The notes under the pieces were generated by a model that was not told the DNA's origin, made no database searches, and saw nothing but the letters and a program-made list of their open reading frames with translations. From Patescibacteria group bacterium (lineage in GTDB: Bacteria; Patescibacteriota; Minisyncoccia; Phycocordibacterales; Phycocordibacteraceae), in assembly GCA_019744845.1 (NCBI GenBank), contig JAIETW010000002.1, forward strand, positions 5,759 through 69,758: DNA of 64,000 nucleotides, read 5' to 3'. A program made the position numbers and the translations under genes. Below, piece by piece: positions 53,701 through 62,414 of this stretch (within the stretch, counting starts at the first letter, position 1; each line of letters starts with the position of its first letter).

Positions 53701-56700
53701 TTGACGGTCAGGAGGGAAGTTACTATCTCTCGCGTGCAAACCACACGGGTACACAACTTGCGTCTACTATCTCTGACTTTAACGCAGCGGTTGCGACCTA
53801 TATAAACTCTTCCACCACTATCTGGGATAACACCACAGAAGCATCACTAGAAACCTTCCTTACTGATGTCACCAACGTCTTCACCAACAACGACGGTGCG
53901 CTTTCTGACGACGATCTTTCAAACAACAGCATAGAAGATCTCTCTGATGTGGCAGCCATGACGAAGAACTACGGAGATCTTCTTTTCTGGAACGGATCTA
54001 CCTGGACCGACATTGCAACTTCTTCTCTTGGAATCACAGGCGGCGGCGGTATCACCGCGATCGGTCCCGCAGGACAAACAGCAGATGGACCAACGGTCAC
54101 TATCGCCACATCCACGGGTTCATTTAATGGACTCACTACTGCTATTACGGTCGTGGGATCTGGTGATACGCTCACCTACACCCCAAGCATCACCGGCACG
54201 CTTGATAATGCTGGTCTGACAAACTCCTCTGTATCGTTTGGTGGCGTCTCCGTCTCCCTTGGCGCTTCTGATGCAACACCAGCCTTCAACCTCGCAGATG
54301 CAACTGGTCTCCCAATCTCAACAGGTGTCTCCGGTCTTGCCGCAGGTATCGCAACCTTCCTTGGAACTCCTTCAAGTGCGAACTTGATAAGTGCAGTCAC
54401 TGACGAAACAGGATCAGGTGCACTCGTCTTCGGCACCAACCCAACCCTCACCACACCAAACCTCGGTACTCCCTCAGCACTCACCCTCACCAACGCCACA
54501 GGTCTTCCACTCACTACTGGTGTCACCGGCACGCTCCCTGCTGCCAATGGAGGAACCGGGCAGTCTACGTACACCGCGGGAGATATTCTGTACGCTTCAA
54601 ATGCGACCACACTTACCAAACTTGGTATAGGAAGCGCAGGTGAAGTGCTGAAGGTTACAGGCGGTGTTCCATCCTGGGAGCCAGATGCAACTGGGGGAGG
54701 TGGCGCCGGCGCATGGGCAACGACGACTGACAATCTTGCGATCTATCCGTCAGACACTTCTGATGTCGTCATAATAGGAGGAAGCGCCACGACTACCACC
54801 GGCAATATTCTTGAAGTTGTAGGAAACTCACTCTTCCGTGGTCTTTTGACTAGCTACAACACAGTCACCGCACCTATATTCACTGCCACCTCTACCACCG
54901 CTACGTCCACATTCCCGAATGCAACTATCACCAACCTTTCTATAGGAGGTGATTATCTTACTGACCTTGTTGGTACTGGTCTTGTGCTCTCTGGTTCTAC
55001 TCTTACCACCACGCTTGGTACGGCAGTTGATATTGCTACAGAAGTGTCAGGTCTTGCCGCAGGTATCGCCACATTCCTTGGAACTCCTTCGTCTGCAAAC
55101 TTTGCTGCCGCGCTTACAGATGAGACAGGCTCAGGCCTTGTCGTATTTAGTACATCTCCCGTACTTACGACCCCGAACCTCGGTACGCCATCAGCAGCGA
55201 CACTCACCAACGCTACGGGCCTCCCACTCACCACCGGTGTCACGGGCACACTTCCTGTGGGCAACGGAGGTACAGGAGCAACAACCTTCACCAACAACCG
55301 TCTCCTTACTGGCAACGGTACAAGCGCACTCGTAGATGAAGCAAACCTGACGTTTGATGGTTCACTCCTTACGGTCACAGGAAATGCAACCACTACGCAA
55401 ATTGGTTCAACGGGGAGTGCGTACTTTGTGACAGGAGGTACTGGCGCGGTAGGAATTGGTTCTACCTCTCCTTCCAAGATGTTGTCTGTGAATGGAGCGT
55501 TTTATGTAGATCCAGGGTCCGCAGGAGTGTCTATCATTGGCGCATCAACAAATATTACTAACTTTGGTGGGATAGTGGGTGCTAATGATACTTTTTATGT
55601 TGCTTCAAGCACCACAGGTACTAACAGTATTCGGAACGCGATATTCTTAGCAAACAGTACTGGTGCAGCAGCAGCAGCAAGTATCTTCCAAGGTATCAAT
55701 GCGTTTGCGGGATATGAAGGTAGTACCGACCTCACTACCACTACAAATGGAGGAGCACTTCGTAACCGTTATGGTGCGATAAATGCAAGTGTGGGTCGTA
55801 ACGTGGCGAAGGCAAGTGGAGTGGTGAGTACGATCGTTGTGATTGGTACAACAGCAAGCACCACCGACGGTGCATCTTTTGCAGCAGAGTCGCCATCTAT
55901 TTCTGCAGGGAACCTCCTCACAAACTACTATGGTTTCCGTGCGGAAGGCGGCGCAGTGTCTGGTACCCTTACGAACCGGTATGGTCTCTACATAGATGAC
56001 ATGACTGGAGGAACGAACCGGTATGGTATTTACCAAGCAGGCTCCACTGATCTAAACTATCTTGCTGGAAATCTTGGTATTGGCACCACTACACCAGCAC
56101 AGACGCTTGCAGTTGGAGGTAACGTTATTATTGGTTCTTCAACTGCAGGCGGCAGCAACGGTACATTGACGTATGGTGGTGTCACACTTGCTAACTCTGT
56201 GACTGGTACGGGTTCTATGGTGTTGTCTACATCACCAACCCTCACCACACCAAACCTCGGCACACCTTCAACACTCATTCTCACTAATGCAACCGGACTT
56301 CCAGTCTCCACTGGTATCTCTGGACTCGGTACTGGTGTTGCTACCGCGCTTGCAGTGAACACAGGTACCGCCGGTTCCTTTGTGGTGAATGGAGGTGCAC
56401 TTGGTACTCCTTCATCTGGAACTCTGACGAACGCCACCGGACTCCCACTTACGACCGGTGTCACGGGCACACTCCCCGTTGGTAACGGCGGAACTGGCGC
56501 CACTACCTTTACTAACAACCGTCTCCTCACCGGGAACGGCACCAGTGCATTGGTAGACGAAGCAAACCTTACCTTTGATGGCTCACTCCTTACTGTCACG
56601 GGGAATGCCTCAACTACGCAAATTGGATCTACGGGAAGTGCGTACTTTGTGACAGGAGGTACTGGCGCAGTGGGCATTGGAACGACGACTCCAATAAATA

Positions 56701-58457
56701 AATTTGAAGTTGCGGCAGACGCCGCAAGTATCGGCGATTCAGGACAGGTGAGGATTAAAGGAACGACGAATCCAAATAAAGGAATTACTATCGGCTACGA
56801 TACGACGCTTAACGTAGGTGCGATTTACGCCAGCATCGCTGGTACGAGCGCATCAAATCTTGCACTTCAAGCAGCGGGCGGCAACGTCGGTATCGCCACA
56901 ACCTCTCCATTCACTACTTTTGCGGTCGGAGGGAACTCATACCTTGGCGGCAACCTGACTGCAACTGGCACGGTTACGTTCTCCGCACTCACTGCATCAC
57001 GCGCAGTCTGTACGACGACTGGTGGTCAGCTTACAGTCACCTGTGCATCTTCCGATTTGGCGTCGTCACTTTCCGACGAAACAGGAACAGGATCAGTAGT
57101 CTTCAGTGCGTCACCAAGCTTTACGGGTGATGTACTGTTCTCTACGACAACGAGTAGCGGTTGGCCGGCCACCATCTTTGCTTCTTCTGAGGCACAGCTT
57201 TCTCTCTCGTCTGGAGCAGGTGTGTCGCAATGGGTGTTCCGTAACGCAGGGGGCACTTTCTACCTTGCAACGACAACAGTCGCAGGCACCGCAACCAGTA
57301 CCGTACCCGCGTTCTCTATTGGAAGCACAAACACCTTTACTACAGGAGGAAACCTTTCGGTCGGTGGTGGTACAGGAAAAATCACGGTCGGTACCATTGA
57401 TCCGGTCTACACTATTGATGGGGTGAACTATGCAACGTACGTCGCAGGCATGATTGGTCAGAAGGAAGAGACCACGGGAACCGCGGTCATTGCGACACCA
57501 ATCACTGCACCTGATGGCACCACGGGATACGCACATGTGATTGAGTTTGACGAAGAGCAGCCAGGAAGTGATGTGTGGCTCTTCGGTCGTGCGACGAACA
57601 TTCGCGAAAACATAGACAAGGTAGTGGTGCTTCTTTCTGCAGAAGGGAACACTAAAGTGTGGTACACGGTTGATCGTGCGAATCGTAAAGTGTATCTCCT
57701 TGCAGACACTCCAACACGCGTCTCATACCGCATGACGGCGCCACGTTTTGATTTTGCAAACTGGACTAACTACAACGAAGACGATGTACTGGGCTTTGAC
57801 CCCACATGGGATGAAAATACTGAGTTCTTCACTGGCGGTCTTAACTTCTCATTTGACGATGCGATCATTACGACAGGCACGACGACTCTTGCACATTTAA
57901 TTGAAGAAGCGGATGAGGATGATGACACCACGTACGCATGGACTGGTGCACTCTCCTTTGTGAGCGAGGGCCTCAAGGAAGCCATGGAATCACTTGAGGA
58001 CTCAGTGATCTATGTATTTGAAGGAGCACAGTACTACGCAGATGGAATCTTTAAGCGTATCTTTGCCGGGGAAGTACACACCGATACGCTTTGTATTACG
58101 GATGAGAATGGAGAGACCTGTATTACGCGCGATCAATTGAAAGCACTCCTTGCGGGTGCGGGCGCTGCACCTGCAGCAAGTCCAAGTAATAACGGAGGAG
58201 GATCGTCTGGCGGGGGTTCCTCAAACGATACGAATAATGACGGAGGAGATACTGGCGATACTCCAGGAGGGGACGATAACCCAACCGATAATGGTGACGC
58301 CGGGGCTGCAGGAGGTGATACAAGTGGGGAAAGCGGTGGTGAGTCTGCAGGAGAAGGTTCTGGAGGGTCAGATGAGGAAGGAGGAGATAATGGCGGAGAT
58401 ACGGCCTCTGGTGGCGATGGAGGAGGTGACTCAGGTGGTGGGGATGGAGGGGTGTAG
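50706..58457 (+). CDS. Giant (2583 aa) surface protein: N-terminal HTH_17-like domain, single TM helix, long Gly/Thr/Ser-rich repetitive fibre-like ectodomain, acidic Gly-rich C-terminal tail
   Basis: ISTKLASEISGYHPDYIARLCRSGKIVSVQFGRSWLV (HTH), TM AVATLVTLLIGLSGLYGF around aa 105-125, GGTG(Q/A)(S/T)T... and TLTNATGLP repeat units in 4-5 copies, two segmental duplications, C-terminal GGDTGDTPGGDDNPTDNGDAG... tail. Confidence 0.8.
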   Translation: MSTPPNAKLISTKLASEISGYHPDYIARLCRSGKIVSVQFGRSWLVDRESLTSFSKAQDKKKKEIAHELSKTRELEYKTARKGTVSLSSSRKSFITRPQRRTVGTFRDNAVATLVTLLIGLSGLYGFQSGVAESIGNQSLRLVSETAEGVRLIAEDLFVLPEQEDFTFTLETDHVFRTSSARPLFLPEVHVADVGTKNLAMSDSDIAAVIDAQVSSHSASSLTASVGTIALDPTIVLDTISSFDPIHIYIGSGEVVRETIFGILEGYSQGVVRGADAWISGGSEIRTWLLAVANYGLTQELALGSEFNRLSQNLLNSYEQGLYAYVQESRGWPVHVVTATHTLGGVLGTLAQEIPDSIASYYDQGIVAWVLGTQEVAEEGKGALLALGEAIYGAGSEIQEAHMALIQGTGLLAYEGMENVSVAVASRATTVATAFSATSAKEEPIALVAEEQYADTSYMATTQPAATVLAAEGAETQTNPFYSFGEDLALYTYTTINDLFYKGLTVVASFFEPQVAIVLPVPTPTVVESSPAGTSSSYSIISQTPVQNVVNQITIQGVSYDVLNQRLAELRRTVSNDIYDSIDNNDSGGGGGGSVNSVDISGGTTGFTFAGGPITSSGTITLSGTLGAENGGTGQSTYTTGDILYASNATTLSKLGVGAAGQVLKVVGGVPTWAADITGSGGAGAWATSTDDLFISPADITDVVLIGAAATTTTGNIFEVAGNSLFRGSLISYNTITAPIFTSTSTTATSTLPNTQITNLLIGGDYFTEFVGTGLALSGSTLTTTLGTSVDIATEVSGLAAGIASWLGTPSSANLATAVTDETGSGALVFGTSPTLTTPNLGTPSAVTLTNATGLPISTGVSGLGAGIATWLGTPSSANLATALTDETGSGAAVFATSPTLVTPNLGTPSAVTLTNATGLPIVGGTTGTLSVARGGTGTTTAPSGQVLYGGGSGVYQSVATTSATIGSGLSYSGTFGALLGGVAGTLSLNATGDWTGTFDGQEGSYYLSRANHTGTQLASTISDFNAAVATYINSSTTIWDNTTEASLETFLTDVTNVFTNNDGALSDDDLSNNSIEDLSDVAAMTKNYGDLLFWNGSTWTDIATSSLGITGGGGITAIGPAGQTADGPTVTIATSTGSFNGLTTAITVVGSGDTLTYTPSITGTLDNAGLTNSSVSFGGVSVSLGASDATPAFNLADATGLPISTGVSGLAAGIATFLGTPSSANLISAVTDETGSGALVFGTNPTLTTPNLGTPSALTLTNATGLPLTTGVTGTLPAANGGTGQSTYTAGDILYASNATTLTKLGIGSAGEVLKVTGGVPSWEPDATGGGGAGAWATTTDNLAIYPSDTSDVVIIGGSATTTTGNILEVVGNSLFRGLLTSYNTVTAPIFTATSTTATSTFPNATITNLSIGGDYLTDLVGTGLVLSGSTLTTTLGTAVDIATEVSGLAAGIATFLGTPSSANFAAALTDETGSGLVVFSTSPVLTTPNLGTPSAATLTNATGLPLTTGVTGTLPVGNGGTGATTFTNNRLLTGNGTSALVDEANLTFDGSLLTVTGNATTTQIGSTGSAYFVTGGTGAVGIGSTSPSKMLSVNGAFYVDPGSAGVSIIGASTNITNFGGIVGANDTFYVASSTTGTNSIRNAIFLANSTGAAAAASIFQGINAFAGYEGSTDLTTTTNGGALRNRYGAINASVGRNVAKASGVVSTIVVIGTTASTTDGASFAAESPSISAGNLLTNYYGFRAEGGAVSGTLTNRYGLYIDDMTGGTNRYGIYQAGSTDLNYLAGNLGIGTTTPAQTLAVGGNVIIGSSTAGGSNGTLTYGGVTLANSVTGTGSMVLSTSPTLTTPNLGTPSTLILTNATGLPVSTGISGLGTGVATALAVNTGTAGSFVVNGGALGTPSSGTLTNATGLPLTTGVTGTLPVGNGGTGATTFTNNRLLTGNGTSALVDEANLTFDGSLLTVTGNASTTQIGSTGSAYFVTGGTGAVGIGTTTPINKFEVAADAASIGDSGQVRIKGTTNPNKGITIGYDTTLNVGAIYASIAGTSASNLALQAAGGNVGIATTSPFTTFAVGGNSYLGGNLTATGTVTFSALTASRAVCTTTGGQLTVTCASSDLASSLSDETGTGSVVFSASPSFTGDVLFSTTTSSGWPATIFASSEAQLSLSSGAGVSQWVFRNAGGTFYLATTTVAGTATSTVPAFSIGSTNTFTTGGNLSVGGGTGKITVGTIDPVYTIDGVNYATYVAGMIGQKEETTGTAVIATPITAPDGTTGYAHVIEFDEEQPGSDVWLFGRATNIRENIDKVVVLLSAEGNTKVWYTVDRANRKVYLLADTPTRVSYRMTAPRFDFANWTNYNEDDVLGFDPTWDENTEFFTGGLNFSFDDAIITTGTTTLAHLIEEADEDDDTTYAWTGALSFVSEGLKEAMESLEDSVIYVFEGAQYYADGIFKRIFAGEVHTDTLCITDENGETCITRDQLKALLAGAGAAPAASPSNNGGGSSGGGSSNDTNNDGGDTGDTPGGDDNPTDNGDAGAAGGDTSGESGGESAGEGSGGSDEEGGDNGGDTASGGDGGGDSGGGDGGV
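53073..53468 (+). repeat. Tandem in-frame approx 200-nt repeat (2 copies) encoding the ...GLAAGIA(S/T)WLGTPSSANLATA(V/L)TDETGSGA... unit
   Basis: Copies 53073-53273 and 53274-53468; further copies at 54315-54509 and 55026-55226. Confidence 0.7.
55241..55459 (+). repeat. 219-nt segment duplicated at 56462..56680 (approx 85% nt identity by eye)
   Basis: cacgggcacacttcctgtgggcaacggaggtacaggagcaacaaccttcaccaacaaccgtctcc... versus cacgggcacactccccgttggtaacggcggaactggcgccactacctttactaacaaccgtctcc... Confidence 0.65.
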
Positions 58458-58498
58458 CCCTGTTCTCCTTGGGTATACTGTAACTACTTACTCATCTA

Positions 58499-60793
58499 AT
58501 GCGTACTCTCATGAACGTGCAGACCCGATTCTCTCTTATCGCACTTTTTGCGCTTGTGCTCGTGCCTGGGGCGTTGTTTGCGCAGGAAACTCCAGAGTTT
58601 CTCACCAGCACGCTCTCCCTTGGGTCTGAAGGAGAAGAGGTCGCATTGCTTCAGACATGGCTTGCCTCTGATGCAGAGATATATCCTGAGGGATCGGTCA
58701 CCAGTGTCTACGATGCAGCTACAGAATCGGCAGTGAAGCGGTATCAAGAGAGGCAAGGTGTCGTGCTTACTGATCCTTCAGGGGAAAGCATGTACGGAGA
58801 GGTGGGTCCTATCACTCGTGCAGATTTGAATGCACGGTTCTCTTCTACGCGTGGAGGTATTGCAGTCGTTGAAGGTCCGTATGCTGCAGGCGCACTCTGG
58901 AAGGGAGATTCATTCGTACCATTTGAACAAATGACTTCTCCAACTCCTGGAGCCATTGCGAGTGTTGAGTTGTGGGTGAAGCCCGCTGCACTTACTGAAC
59001 ACGACACCCGTATTTTTACGGTTGGTGAAGGATACAGTGTGGGCACACAGTCTGAAGGAAAAATCTTTGCACAAAGTTTTGCAGGCAAAGCAGTAAGTAT
59101 TGATCGTGTTCTCCGCGCAGGGGAGTGGCAGCATATTGCGGTCTACTTTACGAACGAATCTGCGGTGATTGTCTACAACGACGCCGTACTCGGTACCTAC
59201 ACACTCCAGCCGCAGCGTCCATGGACTGCGTTTGATGCATTCTTTGATCGGACATTTGCAAATCTCTTCGGTGGTCTTGTTCCTACGCGAGATACCGGGA
59301 CTTCTGTTGCAGCAACACAGAGCACAGAAGTCGTAGCGCCTGTTGCAGAATCCTCAAATATATTCGGAAAGATCGCTTCTTTCTTCCGTGGTATTTTCGG
59401 TCTCCCTGAGCCAGCACCAACATCAGAACCTGCTCCAGTTGTAGAAGCGCCGAGTGTGCCGGAAGAGCCAGAACCAGTTCCTGCCAAGCCAGAAACTCCC
59501 GCCACCACTCCAAATATTTTTGCGGGACCTCCGAAGGTAACGCTCCCACCTGCGCCTGCAGTATTCCCAACCGTGACGACGACCAAGGTTGCGACGACTA
59601 CTCTCGTCGCTACCACGACGGCAACCAGCACACTCGCGGTCGCAACGACGACCGCCACCAGTACTGATCCAGTCGCGACCAGCACTGACGCTACCAAAGC
59701 TACTGCCGGTGGTTCATCTGCAGTCACAGTAAAGGGTGCACCAGTCATCACTCTCCAAGGAAGTGAACTCATTGAGATTGATGGAGGAGATGTGTACAAC
59801 GACCCAGGGGCGAGCGCAAAGGATGATGAAGACGGCAACCTTACGAAGAAGGTGGTCATCAGTGGCGACAAGATTAACTACAACAAGGTAGGGGACTACA
59901 AGATCAAGTACAACGTAACCGACTCAGATGGAAACAAGGCCGTTGAAGTGATTCGTATTGTTCGCGTGGTGACCCCTGCGCCTATTCCTGAAAGTCAGCA
60001 GCAGCCTCGCTACTCACTGCCAGGTGCGGGTGAAGATGTTACTTACACGGTCTCAAGTGGTACAGGTGTGGATCCGAAATTCGTATCCGTAGAGATTAGT
60101 CCGCTGCACGTATATGTAGGTCAAACACAGACATTTACAGTGAAAGTGTCGTCGGCTGCGGGAGTGGAATCAGTTACCTCTGAGACAGAGCTTGATACCA
60201 CTACCCTTGATCTCCCGCTCACCTTGAAGAGTTCAAGTGGAGGAGTGGATACCTATGAAGCATCATGGGTTGTATACGACACACACGTGAAGACCTACCT
60301 CACGACATTCACTGCAGAAAGTAATTCAGGCAGTGAGAACTCCATTACCATGGCGTGGTCAGACCCTTGCCCAGGATTGACCCAAGGTTCATCCTCATCA
60401 GTTTCAAGTAACTGTAGTGTGTCCTCTGTTGCAGGTCTTGATGGAGGAACGGTCACCATTCCTGGTGGTGTGACGCTCACACTCAACAGTGGCGCAACGT
60501 GGGCTTGGAATCCTGGGACCTCCATCATCGTTGACGGAGCTATTGTAAAGGCAAGTGGTGCACAGCTTCGTAAGGGATACCTCTTCTACTCAGGTTCTAC
60601 GAACGAGACGGCAAACACTTCATCATTTGTATTTGACACCAATTCCAGTTTGTCCGGACACGTTCGTGCAAACGCGTATACCCAAGGCTACTACTATGCG
60701 CAGGGATACTACTACTCACAGGGCTACTACCAGGGTGGGTATTACTTCGAAAGCGGATACGGAGGATTCCAAATCTTTGAGTTCATCCCATAG
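58499..60793 (+). CDS. Secreted multidomain surface protein: signal peptide, peptidoglycan-binding-like domain, LamG/ConA-like domain, Pro/Thr linker, Ig-like (DUF5011-type) domain, Tyr/Gly-rich C-terminus
   Basis: SP MRTLMNVQTRFSLIALFALVLVPGALFA; LLQTWL...VYDAATESAVKRYQERQGV (PG_binding_1-like); ...GEWQHIAVYF (LamG-like); TTTKVATTTLVATTTATS linker; GDKINYNKVGDYKIKYNVTDSDGNKA (Ig-like); QGYYYAQGYYYSQGYYQGGYY tail. Confidence 0.7.
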   Translation: MRTLMNVQTRFSLIALFALVLVPGALFAQETPEFLTSTLSLGSEGEEVALLQTWLASDAEIYPEGSVTSVYDAATESAVKRYQERQGVVLTDPSGESMYGEVGPITRADLNARFSSTRGGIAVVEGPYAAGALWKGDSFVPFEQMTSPTPGAIASVELWVKPAALTEHDTRIFTVGEGYSVGTQSEGKIFAQSFAGKAVSIDRVLRAGEWQHIAVYFTNESAVIVYNDAVLGTYTLQPQRPWTAFDAFFDRTFANLFGGLVPTRDTGTSVAATQSTEVVAPVAESSNIFGKIASFFRGIFGLPEPAPTSEPAPVVEAPSVPEEPEPVPAKPETPATTPNIFAGPPKVTLPPAPAVFPTVTTTKVATTTLVATTTATSTLAVATTTATSTDPVATSTDATKATAGGSSAVTVKGAPVITLQGSELIEIDGGDVYNDPGASAKDDEDGNLTKKVVISGDKINYNKVGDYKIKYNVTDSDGNKAVEVIRIVRVVTPAPIPESQQQPRYSLPGAGEDVTYTVSSGTGVDPKFVSVEISPLHVYVGQTQTFTVKVSSAAGVESVTSETELDTTTLDLPLTLKSSSGGVDTYEASWVVYDTHVKTYLTTFTAESNSGSENSITMAWSDPCPGLTQGSSSSVSSNCSVSSVAGLDGGTVTIPGGVTLTLNSGATWAWNPGTSIIVDGAIVKASGAQLRKGYLFYSGSTNETANTSSFVFDTNSSLSGHVRANAYTQGYYYAQGYYYSQGYYQGGYYFESGYGGFQIFEFIP

Positions 60794-60854
60794 TGTTGTC
60801 ACCTAGGTGTACGCGTGCTGCGCCTCAGAATGAAGCGGAGTATACTTTGCCTAC

Positions 60855-62414
60855 ATGCGTCGCGCGCTTCTTGGCATAGCTGTTGTTGTCCTCACGATAC
60901 TCGTATGGCCTGTGTCCGGTCCTACCGTTACGGTAGAGGTAAGTGAGGAAGGGTTTCTTCCGTCTGAACTTACGGTTGCACAAGGTACAACCGTTACGTT
61001 TGTAAATGTAGGGTCAACGACTCATTGGCCCGCAAGCAATGTGCATCCCACTCATTCTGGGTATCCAGGTTCTGGGATTCAAAAGTGCGCGACGATAGAA
61101 CAGAACTTAGTTTTTGATTCCTGTGCGGGAATAACGTCAGGAAATTCATATTCATTCACCTTCCACACTCAAGGAGCATGGACCTATCACGATCATCTCG
61201 CGCCAACACTTCAAGGGCGTGTGACCGTATCTCCGGTCCCGCAGTACCAAGAGCCGTTCCTGCACGCTGCGTATGCCACGATAGTTCGTTTTCCGGAACA
61301 TTTGGATTTTTTCATACGCGATCTTTTCATCGCGCCAGGAGAAGAACGGATTGCGGGGAAGTACACACAAGAAGATTTGAAGACTGATACCGACTATTCC
61401 GTAGAGCGAATCTTAGACATTGCAGAGAATCCACTTGAAGTATTGCGTGCAGTACACCAGATCGGCGTGGTAGAAGGACTCTCGCGTATTTTTGAAGAAT
61501 CTGGGTATGAAGCAACACAAGCATGCCATGTCGCCGCGCACGAAGTGGGGCGCGCAGGGTTTCAACTATTTGGCATAAAGGTGTTTGAACAATGCACCAC
61601 CGCCTGTCATTCGGGTTGTTATCATGGTGCGCTTGAGGAACTTGCAACCGCTAAAAATTCACATGACCTTCTTCAAGAAACCACAGCGTATTGTGGGAGT
61701 CTTGCCACACCCTATGAACGGTATCAATGCTTCCATGGGGTAGGGCACGGGTACATGATATATAGTGGGTATGACTTGCCAGCGGCAGTACATTCGTGCC
61801 GTTTGCTCGGTGAGGGCAATAACGTTGGTTGCTATACGGGAGTTTTTATGGAAAATCTCGCTCAAGCAGATAACAATCTTTCAGGCAGAGAGCCACTGAT
61901 TACGACGTGGATCTCTCCGGAGGATGCACACTTCCCGTGCAGTCAGTTTCCAGACGATGCACTTGTGAGTGCTATGTGTTACTCAGCGCAAATTTCTGTT
62001 GCACACGCACTTCTTCAAGACCTTCCGGAGATTATTGAATTTTGTAATGACGCACCAGCACACGCACGTGCGTTATGTTTTAGGGGAATAGGAAGAGAGC
62101 TAAATGGGTTTCATGGGCAGAAGCCAAGTCAGGCTGAGCAAATGTGTGCGCAGGTCCCAAGCAGTTATTACAGTGAATGTATTATTGGTGCGTCTAAATT
62201 AGCTATTGATTCATTGGGTCTTGACACCACTGCTCAGGCCGCAGGCTTCTGTGCGGGCTTTTCTGATACACATGCAAAAAGTATCTGCTATGAATTCTAC
62301 AGTAGCTATATCCCGACGCTCTTCATTTCTCTAAGTACACAAGAGGGCGTATGCGCGCGATTTGAAACTCCTTTTGATGCAGCGTGTATGGAATCCTTAC
62401 CCACAGAGCCATGA
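60855..62414 (+). CDS. Membrane-anchored protein: cupredoxin-like N-terminal domain + Cys/His-rich domain
   Basis: TM anchor; TVTFVNVGSTTHWPASNVHPTH...C...HDH cupredoxin-like; downstream CHVAAHEVG, CHSGCYHGA, CFHGVGHGY, CRLL, CYTGVFMEN motifs shared with next gene. Confidence 0.6.
   Translation: MRRALLGIAVVVLTILVWPVSGPTVTVEVSEEGFLPSELTVAQGTTVTFVNVGSTTHWPASNVHPTHSGYPGSGIQKCATIEQNLVFDSCAGITSGNSYSFTFHTQGAWTYHDHLAPTLQGRVTVSPVPQYQEPFLHAAYATIVRFPEHLDFFIRDLFIAPGEERIAGKYTQEDLKTDTDYSVERILDIAENPLEVLRAVHQIGVVEGLSRIFEESGYEATQACHVAAHEVGRAGFQLFGIKVFEQCTTACHSGCYHGALEELATAKNSHDLLQETTAYCGSLATPYERYQCFHGVGHGYMIYSGYDLPAAVHSCRLLGEGNNVGCYTGVFMENLAQADNNLSGREPLITTWISPEDAHFPCSQFPDDALVSAMCYSAQISVAHALLQDLPEIIEFCNDAPAHARALCFRGIGRELNGFHGQKPSQAEQMCAQVPSSYYSECIIGASKLAIDSLGLDTTAQAAGFCAGFSDTHAKSICYEFYSSYIPTLFISLSTQEGVCARFETPFDAACMESLPTEP

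Noticed and set aside
53000-56677. Long minus-strand ORFs 53000..53602, 54176..54733, 54953..55477, 56057..56677
   Set aside because: Antisense to the Gly/Thr-rich repeats of the giant gene; their P/V/A-rich translations are the expected mirror of GGN/ACN-rich codons, and they repeat in step with the sense repeats.
52440-56700. Possible CRISPR array suggested by short near-identical repeats
   Set aside because: Repeats are in-frame coding units of 200-680 nt without unique spacers of regular length; no cas genes in the window.
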